From Candidatus Omnitrophota bacterium (lineage in GTDB: Bacteria; Omnitrophota; Gorgyraeia; JAGLLT01), in contig DAOVJY010000004.1 of assembly GCA_030632085.1 (NCBI GenBank), forward strand, positions 16,000 through 79,999: DNA of 64,000 nt, read 5' to 3'. This document shows positions 29,717 to 37,527 of the stretch, one piece after another. A model generated the notes under the pieces. That model saw only the letters and a list, made by a program, of their open reading frames with translations, was not told the DNA's origin and did not search any database. The position numbers were made by a program, and so were the translations under genes. How positions within the stretch are numbered: position 1 is the stretch's first letter; each line of letters begins with the position of its first letter.

Positions 29717-29764
29717 AAGGCAGGTGGCAGTAAAACAACTAACTTAATTTAGGATTATTGAAAT

Positions 29765-30979
29765 ATGAAAAATAAACAAGCAGCCAACATCACACCGCGT
29801 AGGCGGAATACCGGTTATAGATTTTTAACAATTTTCGCATGTTTTTTAATATGTGGACTGTCTCTAAATGCCTCCGCGGAAGTCCTTTTTGGTGAAACTT
29901 GCTATCAGCGGCTTCATAAATATATAGGGCAAGCTGAAGATTCAATCACAGTCGCGATGTATTTTATCATAATTACCCCCAAGGATACCTCTAACCCTAT
30001 TAATACTTTAGTTGATGATTTAATTGACGCGAAGAAAAGGGGAGTAGATGTAAGGGTAATCATGGAAGATTCAAAGCTAAAAGCAAACCGCCTTGCTTTT
30101 ATGAAATTAAAAGATAACGGTGTGGATGTATATTTTGATACCCCAAAACATTTGTTACATATTAAAGGTATCGCGATTGATAAAAAATATATTTTTATAG
30201 GAAGCACCAACTGGTCAAGGGCGGCGATTGAGGATAATTATGAGGCCATGTATTTTGGAGATTCTCCTATGGATGCAATTGCGTTTGTAGATTATGTCAA
30301 TAATATCCCCATTGAGAGGAAAAACTTATTTTTACCCGAAATTGAAGGAGTCGGCATCTCTTCAAGTTTTCTTCTTTCTCCCTGGCAAGGACGGATATTA
30401 CTTAAGGAGCAGGCCTACAAGCAATTGGACCTTTATTTATTATTATGCAAAATGCGGCAGGAAACAGGCAAATCATATCTAATAATAGACTATGATTCAT
30501 TAGCCAAAAAGATGGGTTACGCGGTTCCTGATGATTTAGGCAAATACAGCAACGCGCATGATTATTGCTCTGATAAAATACGGCAACTGCTGGTGCCTCT
30601 CAGGAAACATGGATTGATCGCTTATAAAAAAGGGCGGGTAACTTTAAAAGCTAATAAAATAATCGCCTCTGATAAATCAAACATTACAATTCCTTTTAAA
30701 TACTGGGAATATAGCTATCCCAAGAAGCTCTCCATGCGGGCAAAATATATGTATTTGATTTGCCTATATGAAGCAAATCGCTCTAGCAGATATCCATCTT
30801 GGTTTCGAAGCCAGGAAGATATGTCTAAACTGTATGGTATAAGTGATACAACCATCTCTTTAGGCCTCTTAGAATTGGAGAAGAAGGGATTGATTGATAT
30901 TACAAGGGATAAACCCACCCCGCCTGATTTTGCTGACCGTAAGGCCAATATATATAGATTATTACCGCTTTTGAGATAA
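29765..30979 (+). CDS. single-HKD phospholipase D/nuclease domain fused to C-terminal winged-helix-like domain(s)
   Basis: HIKGIAID (HxK-x4-D), IGSTNWS; C-terminal RSQEDMSKLYGISDTTISLGLLELEKKGLI. Confidence 0.8.
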   Translation: MKNKQAANITPRRRNTGYRFLTIFACFLICGLSLNASAEVLFGETCYQRLHKYIGQAEDSITVAMYFIIITPKDTSNPINTLVDDLIDAKKRGVDVRVIMEDSKLKANRLAFMKLKDNGVDVYFDTPKHLLHIKGIAIDKKYIFIGSTNWSRAAIEDNYEAMYFGDSPMDAIAFVDYVNNIPIERKNLFLPEIEGVGISSSFLLSPWQGRILLKEQAYKQLDLYLLLCKMRQETGKSYLIIDYDSLAKKMGYAVPDDLGKYSNAHDYCSDKIRQLLVPLRKHGLIAYKKGRVTLKANKIIASDKSNITIPFKYWEYSYPKKLSMRAKYMYLICLYEANRSSRYPSWFRSQEDMSKLYGISDTTISLGLLELEKKGLIDITRDKPTPPDFADRKANIYRLLPLLR

Positions 30980-30986
30980 AAGCGGT

Positions 30987-31040
30987 AAATAAGCAGGGGA
31001 GAAGTGTTTTTAGAAAGCGTTCCACCGCGGCGGTGGAACG
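30987..31040 (+). repeat. ~50-bp direct repeat copy 1 with perfect GC hairpin
   Basis: AAATAAGCAGGGGAGAAGT...GTTCCACCGCGGCGGTG; hairpin CGTTCCACCG-CGG-CGGTGGAACG at 31018-31040. Confidence 0.85.
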
Positions 31041-31118
31041 ATGGTTTCGGTGAAACAGGCCGAGGATATAACAAAGTAAACGCGCTAAAAAAGTAATGTA
31101 ATTTTTTAGAACAATATC

Positions 31119-31147
31119 TTGACACATTATATTACATATGATATATT
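31119..31147 (+). promoter_or_regulatory. sigma-70 promoter of XRE-DUF4065 gene
   Basis: TTGACA-17 bp-TATATT with TG extension; inverted ATGTAAT/ATTACAT half-sites flank the -35. Confidence 0.7.
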
Positions 31148-31181
31148 TTATATTGAAGAGAAATGAAAACAGGGGTATAAG

Positions 31182-31976
31182 ATGAGTAAATTTTATAAAG
31201 AAATAGGCCTCAGAATAAAAGAAATAAGAGAAGATATAGGCATATCGCAGGATAGATTAGCCAAACTCATGAATATCCAAAGAGTTTCCGTATCAAAAAT
31301 TGAAAACGGACAGAGAAAAATAACCGCGCAGGAATTAGCTAAATTAACGAAGATTTTTAATACCGATTCCGATGTGCTGCTTGATTTAAAAAAAGATGTA
31401 AAAATTGTTATGAAAAAAAATAAAAAGCCTTTAAAGATTACTCATAAAGAAATTAGGATAAACGTCCCGCTGAAAAATTTAGATAAATTCAAAGAGGTCG
31501 TACTTTATATACTCGGCAAAGTTGGATCAAAGCCTAATATCGGACAATCGGTTATATATAAACTGCTTTATTTCATTGATTTTAATTTCTATGAAAAATA
31601 TGAAGAGCAGCTTATTGGAGCTACTTATATAAGAAATCATTATGGCCCCACACCCAAAGAATTTATTAAAATAGTAAAAGATATGCAAGGTAAGGATATT
31701 ATTAAAGTTGAAGATAAATACTTTGAATATCCTCAGACAAAATACCTTCCTTTAAGAAAACCTGATTTAACTAAGTTGAGAGCGCATGAAAAAGAAACAA
31801 TAGATAATGTTTTAGAAAAGTTATCGGATATGAACGCCGCTGAAATATCAGATTATTCTCATAAAGATGTTCCCTGGATAACCACAGATGAAGGTGGTAT
31901 AATTGATTACGAATCCGTCTTTTATCGCACCGCTCCATATTCAGTGAGGTCTTATGGCGAAGAAAAAAATATTTAA
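31182..31976 (+). CDS. XRE HTH + DUF4065 (Panacea/SocA/GepA-like) antitoxin
   Basis: IGLRIKEIRE..SQDRLA..SKIENGQR HTH; KLLYFIDF..YGPTP..ISDYSHKDVPW. Confidence 0.88.
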   Translation: MSKFYKEIGLRIKEIREDIGISQDRLAKLMNIQRVSVSKIENGQRKITAQELAKLTKIFNTDSDVLLDLKKDVKIVMKKNKKPLKITHKEIRINVPLKNLDKFKEVVLYILGKVGSKPNIGQSVIYKLLYFIDFNFYEKYEEQLIGATYIRNHYGPTPKEFIKIVKDMQGKDIIKVEDKYFEYPQTKYLPLRKPDLTKLRAHEKETIDNVLEKLSDMNAAEISDYSHKDVPWITTDEGGIIDYESVFYRTAPYSVRSYGEEKNI

Positions 31977-32042
31977 TGCTATAAAGGTGATAAAAAGAAC
32001 GAAGATAAAGAAAGAATTAAGCGGAATTACAATAGAAAGTGA
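31954..32042 (+). pseudogene. internally deleted toxin remnant
   Basis: GAGGT RBS + ATG (MAKKKIFN) overlapping the antitoxin end, then in another frame YKGDKKNEDKERIKRNYNRK*. Confidence 0.55.
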
Positions 32043-32045
32043 AAA

Positions 32046-32465
32046 ATGACGGATCAACTAATCACAATTGCGACCTTTAGTCATCCAATAGAAGCTCATA
32101 TTTTAAAAACAAAACTTGAGTCAGAAGAGATAGAGTGTTTTATTGCTGATGAGAATACTGTTACTATGAATTGGCTCTATTCAAACGCAATTGGCGGCGT
32201 TAAGCTGCAAATAAAAAAATCAGATTTCAAAAGAGCTATGGCAATTATTCAGGATAAACCCGCAAGTAAGTCACCACAAAACAAACTAGATAAAAATAAT
32301 AACGAACCATATTGCCCTAAATGTAATTCGCTAAATGTATGTTATGAGAAATTTTCTCGCCGTTTCGCGTTTGCATCATGGATTCTTCTGGGTTTTCCGC
32401 TGCCTTTTATTAAAAGAAAATGGAAATGCAGTGAATGTGGGTATGAGTGGAAAGCTAAAAAATAA
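32046..32465 (+). CDS. DUF2007 domain + zinc-ribbon protein
   Basis: EAHILKTKLESEEIECFIADE..NAIGGVKLQI; CPKC...CSEC. Confidence 0.85.
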   Translation: MTDQLITIATFSHPIEAHILKTKLESEEIECFIADENTVTMNWLYSNAIGGVKLQIKKSDFKRAMAIIQDKPASKSPQNKLDKNNNEPYCPKCNSLNVCYEKFSRRFAFASWILLGFPLPFIKRKWKCSECGYEWKAKK

Positions 32466-32509
32466 GCAGGGGAGAAGTATTTTTTGGAAACTGTTCCACC
32501 GCGGCGGTG
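32460..32509 (+). repeat. ~50-bp direct repeat copy 2 (hairpin truncated)
   Basis: Shares the first 19 and last 17 nt exactly with 30987-31035. Confidence 0.85.
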
Positions 32510-32739
32510 ATACTTGGGCCAATAAAGCTATATAAATAGCGAGTAAAAAAAGGGCGTATATGGCCGTGTATGGACATATATTTGCGGGGGGCATACCAAA
32601 CTATTAGCCATTTCCGCGAGCATAATACGAATACCTGACATTTTTAGTTAAATTCCAAAAAACCATTTCCACGCGCAAAGCCTCCAAAAAATTAATATTC
32701 CCGGATACTGATACTAAATAGAGAATGAGAGTGGCAACT

Positions 32740-32748
32740 TTATCCACA
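32740..32748 (+). promoter_or_regulatory. consensus DnaA box
   Basis: TTATCCACA, followed by a degenerate inverted copy TGTGAACTA. Confidence 0.45.
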
Positions 32749-32816
32749 AGTTGTGAACTATTTGCCGTAAGTGCATATATAATGTGTATTTACGGTCTCC
32801 TTTTGGCCTATGCTGT

Positions 32817-32844
32817 AGTTAACATAAGATACATTATAGGACAT
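32817..32844 (-). other. dif: XerCD dif recombination site
   Basis: Minus strand ATGTCCTATAA-TGTATC-TTATGTTAACT (11-6-11), close to E. coli/B. subtilis dif; intergenic at the convergent strand switch. Confidence 0.88.
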
Positions 32845-32925
32845 AGCTATAAATAACCTTTGGCTGTAAATACAAATTTATATGGGGGTTCTTTCTTGGA
32901 AATGTTTGATTCTGCCGGCGCTTCT

Positions 32926-34104
32926 CTAGCCTTTTATCACTGCCAGCGGCCGCATTTTTATTTCGGGTTTAATGAGATCGTTCTGATTATCAATAACACC
33001 CTGAATATCCTTATAAGCGCTTGACGCTTCATCTAAATCTCTTTTTGTGCGGATTGAATGAATTATGCCTTGTTGCTCCAGTTTAGCTCTTTCCTGGCCC
33101 AAATCAAGGCTTTTACGAGCTTCATTACGGCTCATTTTGCGGCCGGCTCCATGTGCACATGACTTAAAGCTATCCGGATTTCCAAGGCCTTTTACAATAT
33201 AACTTGGCGTACCCTGACTACCCGGAATTATTCCAATTTCATTAATTCGGGCGCTTGTAGCGCCTTTTCTATGGATAAAAACATTATCACCAAAATGTTC
33301 TTCCAAAGCAACATAATTATGATGTATATTTATTTCATTTTCAAAATTGCAGTGTGTAACTTCAGAGAACACTTGCTTGATAAATTTTAACATAAGAGCC
33401 CTGTTATTTTTCGCGAACTCCAAACAATATTGCATCTCTTTTAAATAACAAACCCCCTCCCTGCTATCAGCCATTAAATAGGCCAAGTCATAATCTCTTG
33501 GTACTCTATATGGTAGATTGCCGGAAATTTCTTTAGCCATTTTATTATAAAAGTTAGCGACCTTGTAACCAAGATTTCTACTGCCTGAATGAAGCATTAT
33601 CCAAATATATCCATCCGTTGCTTTTTGGATTTCAATAAAATGATTTCCACCACCTAAGGTGCCTAATTGCCTTAAAGCTGAATTATATTCACTTTTAGTA
33701 ACTATATAATCATTGTCTTTGCTGAATATCGCTTTGCCGGAAAATGGCATTAGTTTTTCATTCCGCGGCCTTTTATGATGCTCAAAACCTAAAGGAATAT
33801 GTAATCTAATCCCCCTTAAAACATCTTTAATGGCATTCTTATCTATATCCTTAAGTGTAGTTTTAAGCGCGACCATACCGCAGCCTATATCAACTCCTAC
33901 AGCATATGGAATAACAACGTTTTCAGTAGCTAAAATAGCTCCTATGGGCATACCGTAACCGGGATGACAATCCGGCATGATAGCTATATGTCTGTAGGCA
34001 AACGGCAGATTAGCGAGATTTTTAATCTGAGCCATAGCAGACTCATCAATCTCATCAACCCACATTTTTATAGGTACTTTTTCTGTTTTAATTTCTCTAA
34101 TCAT
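32926..34104 (-). CDS. rtcB: RtcB family RNA ligase
   Basis: MPDCHPGYG, GVDIGCG, GTLGGGNHF, HSGSR, HHNY, HRKGAT, HGAGR, DEASSAYK. Confidence 0.95.
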   Translation of the reverse strand: MIREIKTEKVPIKMWVDEIDESAMAQIKNLANLPFAYRHIAIMPDCHPGYGMPIGAILATENVVIPYAVGVDIGCGMVALKTTLKDIDKNAIKDVLRGIRLHIPLGFEHHKRPRNEKLMPFSGKAIFSKDNDYIVTKSEYNSALRQLGTLGGGNHFIEIQKATDGYIWIMLHSGSRNLGYKVANFYNKMAKEISGNLPYRVPRDYDLAYLMADSREGVCYLKEMQYCLEFAKNNRALMLKFIKQVFSEVTHCNFENEINIHHNYVALEEHFGDNVFIHRKGATSARINEIGIIPGSQGTPSYIVKGLGNPDSFKSCAHGAGRKMSRNEARKSLDLGQERAKLEQQGIIHSIRTKRDLDEASSAYKDIQGVIDNQNDLIKPEIKMRPLAVIKG

Positions 34105-34111
34105 CGCTCGA

Positions 34112-34142
34112 CAAAAAAAGACCGACTTATAAAGCCGGCCTT
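34112..34142 (-). terminator. possible intrinsic terminator after purF-like gene
   Basis: Minus strand AAGGCCGGCTTTATAAGTCGGTCTTTTTTT. Confidence 0.5.
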
Positions 34143-34160
34143 ATGTTATTTATAACTGAA

Positions 34161-35552
34161 TTATTCACCTCGCCAACACTGAACGCAAAGCTTTTCTTTT
34201 GCAATTCCAATAGCTTTAATCATATCATCTATAGAGATATACTTTAAACTTGTCACATTCATATCTTTGGCTATCCAATTAATCATTTTTTGATACTTTT
34301 TAGATGATGGATCCAGATAATTATGGACATCTTTAACCGCGATACGGCCCTCTAAAGCCTTAATCGCGCGCCTGGCAGCTAATTCCTTAAGTGTTCTGGT
34401 AGAGGTATTAAAATGACAGGGAAACATTAATGGCGGACAAGCTATCCTTAAATGAACCTCTTTGGCTCCGCTTGCCCATAATTTATTAATTGTATAATTC
34501 TTAAGCTGCGTACCTCTTACTATAGAATCATCGCAAAGGACTATCCTATTACCTTTAATAACATCTCTAACGGGCACTAACTTCATTCTGGCAATTAAAT
34601 CCCTGGTTTTCTGTGATGGCGGCGAATAACTTCTACCATAGCCTTGAGTATACTTAACCAGCGGCCTCCTGAAGGGCTTATTAGACTCCATGGCATAGCC
34701 TATGGCATGGGCTGAACCGGAATCAGGAACGCCGGAAACAATATCTATTTCAATATCATCATTTTTAGCTAATAAGCGGCCGCATCTCTCCCTTACTAAT
34801 TCCACATTTAAACTCTCGTGATTAGACGCCGGGAAGCTGGTGTAAATCCACTCAAAGGAGCACATCTTATTCTCTTTGTCCGGCTTTGCTAACTGCTTAA
34901 TACCGTTTTTAGACATAAAAACAATCTCTGCCGGTCCAAGATATTTTTTTATTTCAAAACCAAGATTATTAAAAGCACATGTTTCTGTAGTAACCGCCCA
35001 GGAGTTTTTACTCTTTCCAATAACTAATGAAGAACGGCCCATCTTATCCCTGGCTGCATATATTCCTTCTTTAGTAAGTATTAGCAAAGAACAAGAACCC
35101 TTAATTTTAGAAAACGTGTATTTTATGCCATCAACTATATTCTCACTCTGAGATATAAGCTTGGCAACTACTTCAGTAGAGTTTATTGAACCGTTAGTTA
35201 TATCTGAAAAGGAGCTGCCTGATTTATGCAATCCCTCAATGAGCTTATCGGCATTTTGTAGTAAACCATTTGTGATTATGGCGAATGGGCCGAATTTAGA
35301 ATTTAAGTAAATAGGCTGAGCGTCTTTATCACTTATAACTCCTATTCCCCTCTCCCCTATCATCTGGTTATAATCTTCATAGAATTTTGATTTAAACTGG
35401 CTTTGCTTTATATCATGTATTTTTCTATAAAGTTCTTTTCCCCAGACCGCCATACCGCCAAACTGAGTTCCCAAATGCGAATGGTAATCCGTGCCGTAAA
35501 AAAGCGTTTGTATACAATTTTTCTTAGATACTACACCGAATAAACCACTCAT
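34161..35552 (-). CDS. purF: amidophosphoribosyltransferase-like protein, N-terminal Cys replaced by Ser
   Basis: AARD..GR, CSFEWIY, GVPDSG, DDSIVRGT, RIACPP, CVQCW; starts MSGLFG. Confidence 0.88.
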   Translation of the reverse strand: MSGLFGVVSKKNCIQTLFYGTDYHSHLGTQFGGMAVWGKELYRKIHDIKQSQFKSKFYEDYNQMIGERGIGVISDKDAQPIYLNSKFGPFAIITNGLLQNADKLIEGLHKSGSSFSDITNGSINSTEVVAKLISQSENIVDGIKYTFSKIKGSCSLLILTKEGIYAARDKMGRSSLVIGKSKNSWAVTTETCAFNNLGFEIKKYLGPAEIVFMSKNGIKQLAKPDKENKMCSFEWIYTSFPASNHESLNVELVRERCGRLLAKNDDIEIDIVSGVPDSGSAHAIGYAMESNKPFRRPLVKYTQGYGRSYSPPSQKTRDLIARMKLVPVRDVIKGNRIVLCDDSIVRGTQLKNYTINKLWASGAKEVHLRIACPPLMFPCHFNTSTRTLKELAARRAIKALEGRIAVKDVHNYLDPSSKKYQKMINWIAKDMNVTSLKYISIDDMIKAIGIAKEKLCVQCWRGE

Positions 35553-35603
35553 CAAATACTCTCCTTATTATTAAGTTTAAATCGTCAATTCTCATCCAAT
35601 AGT

Positions 35604-35800
35604 CAAGATACAAGAAACAATAACCAAATAATAACCAATGACCAAATTCAATCCTTCGACACTACTCAGGATTGACCCTGAGTAACATTGAAGGGTCAAA
35701 TAACCAAACAGAAACAAAATAACGATTGCAACTTGTGACTTATGACTTATGACTTTGTACTTGTGCCTTGCCTGTGCCCCATAAGGGTATATCTTGTTTC
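35604..35800. repeat. composite heptamer tract with inserted palindromes
   Basis: 41 bp identical to 15873-15913, then GTGACTT/ATGACTT units, then a GGGGCAC motif. Confidence 0.85.
35652..35695. mobile_element. 44-bp REP/MITE-like palindrome flanked by TCAA duplication
   Basis: TCAA-TCCTTCGACACTACTCAGGATTGACCCTGAGTAACATTGAAGGG-TCAA; the empty site has a single TCAA at 15910-15913. Confidence 0.75.
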
Positions 35801-36463
35801 TTATATTTTATTATAAAAATCTTCAATAATTTTTCTTGCTTCATCTATACTGTCCGTCAATTTAAATATATCCATGTTATTTTTGGTAATAAGGCCGGAC
35901 TTGAGCATAGAGTTCTTAAACCAATCAATTAACCCCTTCCAGTAAGACTTTCCAAAAACAATAATTGGAAACGGAACAATTTTCTCAGTTTGAATCAATG
36001 TAATAAACTCCGCGAATTCATCCAGCGTTCCATATCCCCCGGGAAAAACTATCACAGCTTTCGCGTATTTAGCAAACATAACTTTACGAACAAAGAAATA
36101 TCTAAAATATAAAGCCTTTGTTATATGTGGATTGGGTTTCTGCTGGAGAGGTATTTCTATATTTAAACCAATTGACTCTCCCCCGGCTTCTTTAGCTCCC
36201 CTATTAGCCGCTTCCATAATACCGGGGCCCGCGCCGGTTATTATAGAATAACCATCCTCCGCTAATCTATAAGCCAGCTTTCGGGCGGCATTGTAATATT
36301 TCGAATCTCTTTTAATTTTGGTTCCGCCGAAAAATGTAATCGCGTTAGAAACTTTGGATAAATCATCAAAACCATCAACAAACTCAGACATTATCCTAAA
36401 TACCCTCCAAGGATCATTGGGGCTGAATGTATAGCTTAAGTCTTTAACTTTTTTACCTGTCAT
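35801..36463 (-). CDS. LOG family (TIGR00730-like) nucleotide phosphoribohydrolase
   Basis: WRVFRIMSEF, TGAGPGIMEAANRGA, FFVRKVMF, PGGYGTLDE. Confidence 0.93.
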   Translation of the reverse strand: MTGKKVKDLSYTFSPNDPWRVFRIMSEFVDGFDDLSKVSNAITFFGGTKIKRDSKYYNAARKLAYRLAEDGYSIITGAGPGIMEAANRGAKEAGGESIGLNIEIPLQQKPNPHITKALYFRYFFVRKVMFAKYAKAVIVFPGGYGTLDEFAEFITLIQTEKIVPFPIIVFGKSYWKGLIDWFKNSMLKSGLITKNNMDIFKLTDSIDEARKIIEDFYNKI

Positions 36464-36477
36464 ATTATTTATCTCTC

Positions 36478-36828
36478 TTACTTTTTGTCTTTATATACTT
36501 TATCAGTTATTCTAACTCTTTTCTTAACCCTAATTCCAACCTCTTTACCTTTTATAGCTTTCTTTATCGGCTCGCGATCTATCTGCATGGAAACAATCTT
36601 CTGTTTTATATTTGTCGTATGCCCCTTTATATAAATAACATCCCCTTCAAGCAATGGGCCTTTTTTTATCTTTATAACCGCGGCTTTTACCTTGGGAAAG
36701 TAATGAACAACATTGCCAACGAGTTCCTGTTTAGGTTCTTTTGTTTTACCTACTTTTTTAATTGTCTTCTTAGGCTTAACTTTTAATTGAGATGACTTGT
36801 TCGTTTTTTTCAAAAAGCCGAATATCAT
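36478..36828 (-). CDS. translation-elongation-factor-like beta-barrel protein
   Basis: VGNVVHYFPK..GD.I.IKGHTT..SMQI..VGI; AAGGAG RBS supports ATG 36828. Confidence 0.8.
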   Translation of the reverse strand: MIFGFLKKTNKSSQLKVKPKKTIKKVGKTKEPKQELVGNVVHYFPKVKAAVIKIKKGPLLEGDVIYIKGHTTNIKQKIVSMQIDREPIKKAIKGKEVGIRVKKRVRITDKVYKDKK

Positions 36829-36852
36829 CAACCGCTCCTTTATAAGTATAAT

Positions 36853-36985
36853 GTCATAAGACACAAGACACAAGTTGCAAATTACAAGTTACAAAAAACA
36901 AGTGCAAAGTCATAAGTCACAAGATAAATAGCTAAAAGCTAAGAGCTAAGAGCTAAGGACTAAGGGCATAGAGCAAAAGGCAAAC
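36853..36985. repeat. two-block heptamer tract (AAGTCAC-type then AGAGCTA-type)
   Basis: aagacac aagacac aagttgc aaattac aagttac..aagtcat aagtcac; then aaagcta agagcta agagcta aggacta agggcat agagcaa. Confidence 0.85.
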
Positions 36986-37021
36986 AAAAAGCCGTCGGGA
37001 TCAATACAGTACCCTGACGGC
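36986..37021 (-). terminator. intrinsic terminator
   Basis: Minus strand GCCGTCAGGG...TCCCGACGGC followed by TTTTT. Confidence 0.7.
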
Positions 37022-37048
37022 CTTGTCATAACCTATTACATTATATGA

Positions 37049-37396
37049 TTAGATGTTAATTTTTTCTGCAATATCAGACACATATGGTGCCTTCCAGTAT
37101 TCACCCATGAGTACTTTTATAATACCTACGAGAGAATATATACCAGCTGCCAGAGTCAATATTATAAATACAAACTGACCCAAAACCGGTATTATATTAA
37201 CCAAAAGGGCTGCCGCTTCAGCTATAAAAAGAACTAAACCTTGTTTGCTATGAAACAAAACAAACTTATTGTCCTTTTTAAGCAACAATGGAAGCAAACA
37301 TAAAATACCAATATAGGAAAGTATTGCCCATACTTTTCCCTCTACTACTTGCTTGTCTTCTTTAGGACTTGTGGTTTCCTTGACTTCTTCAACCAT
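37049..37396 (-). CDS. DUF4870-like membrane protein
   Basis: AILSYIG..FVLFHSKQGLVLF..IPVLG..P..SDIA; GGGAGG RBS supports ATG 37396. Confidence 0.85.
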   Translation of the reverse strand: MVEEVKETTSPKEDKQVVEGKVWAILSYIGILCLLPLLLKKDNKFVLFHSKQGLVLFIAEAAALLVNIIPVLGQFVFIILTLAAGIYSLVGIIKVLMGEYWKAPYVSDIAEKINI

Positions 37397-37436
37397 TTTT
37401 TCCCTCCCGCTTATGTATACGTTTTCTAACAGTTTT

Positions 37437-37465
37437 AATATATCATAAGAAAATGCCTTTGTCAA
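37437..37465 (-). promoter_or_regulatory. sigma-70 promoter
   Basis: TTGACA-17 bp-TATATT with TG extension. Confidence 0.7.
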
Positions 37466-37467
37466 AT

Positions 37468-37499
37468 AAAAACCCCGCGGAACTAACAGCTCCGCGGGG
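37468..37499 (-). terminator. intrinsic terminator after porin gene
   Basis: CCCCGCGGA...TCCGCGGGG followed by TTTTT on the minus strand. Confidence 0.8.
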
Positions 37500-37527
37500 C
37501 TCACATTCATCCTTCCAGAAAATTAAA

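Noticed and set aside
30987-32509. Direct repeats as integron attC sites
   Set aside because: No RYYYAAC...GTTRRRY ends and no intI in the window.
32466-32925. Gap as oriC because of the DnaA box
   Set aside because: Only one perfect box, genes converge rather than diverge, no dnaA/dnaN, and a dif site is present.
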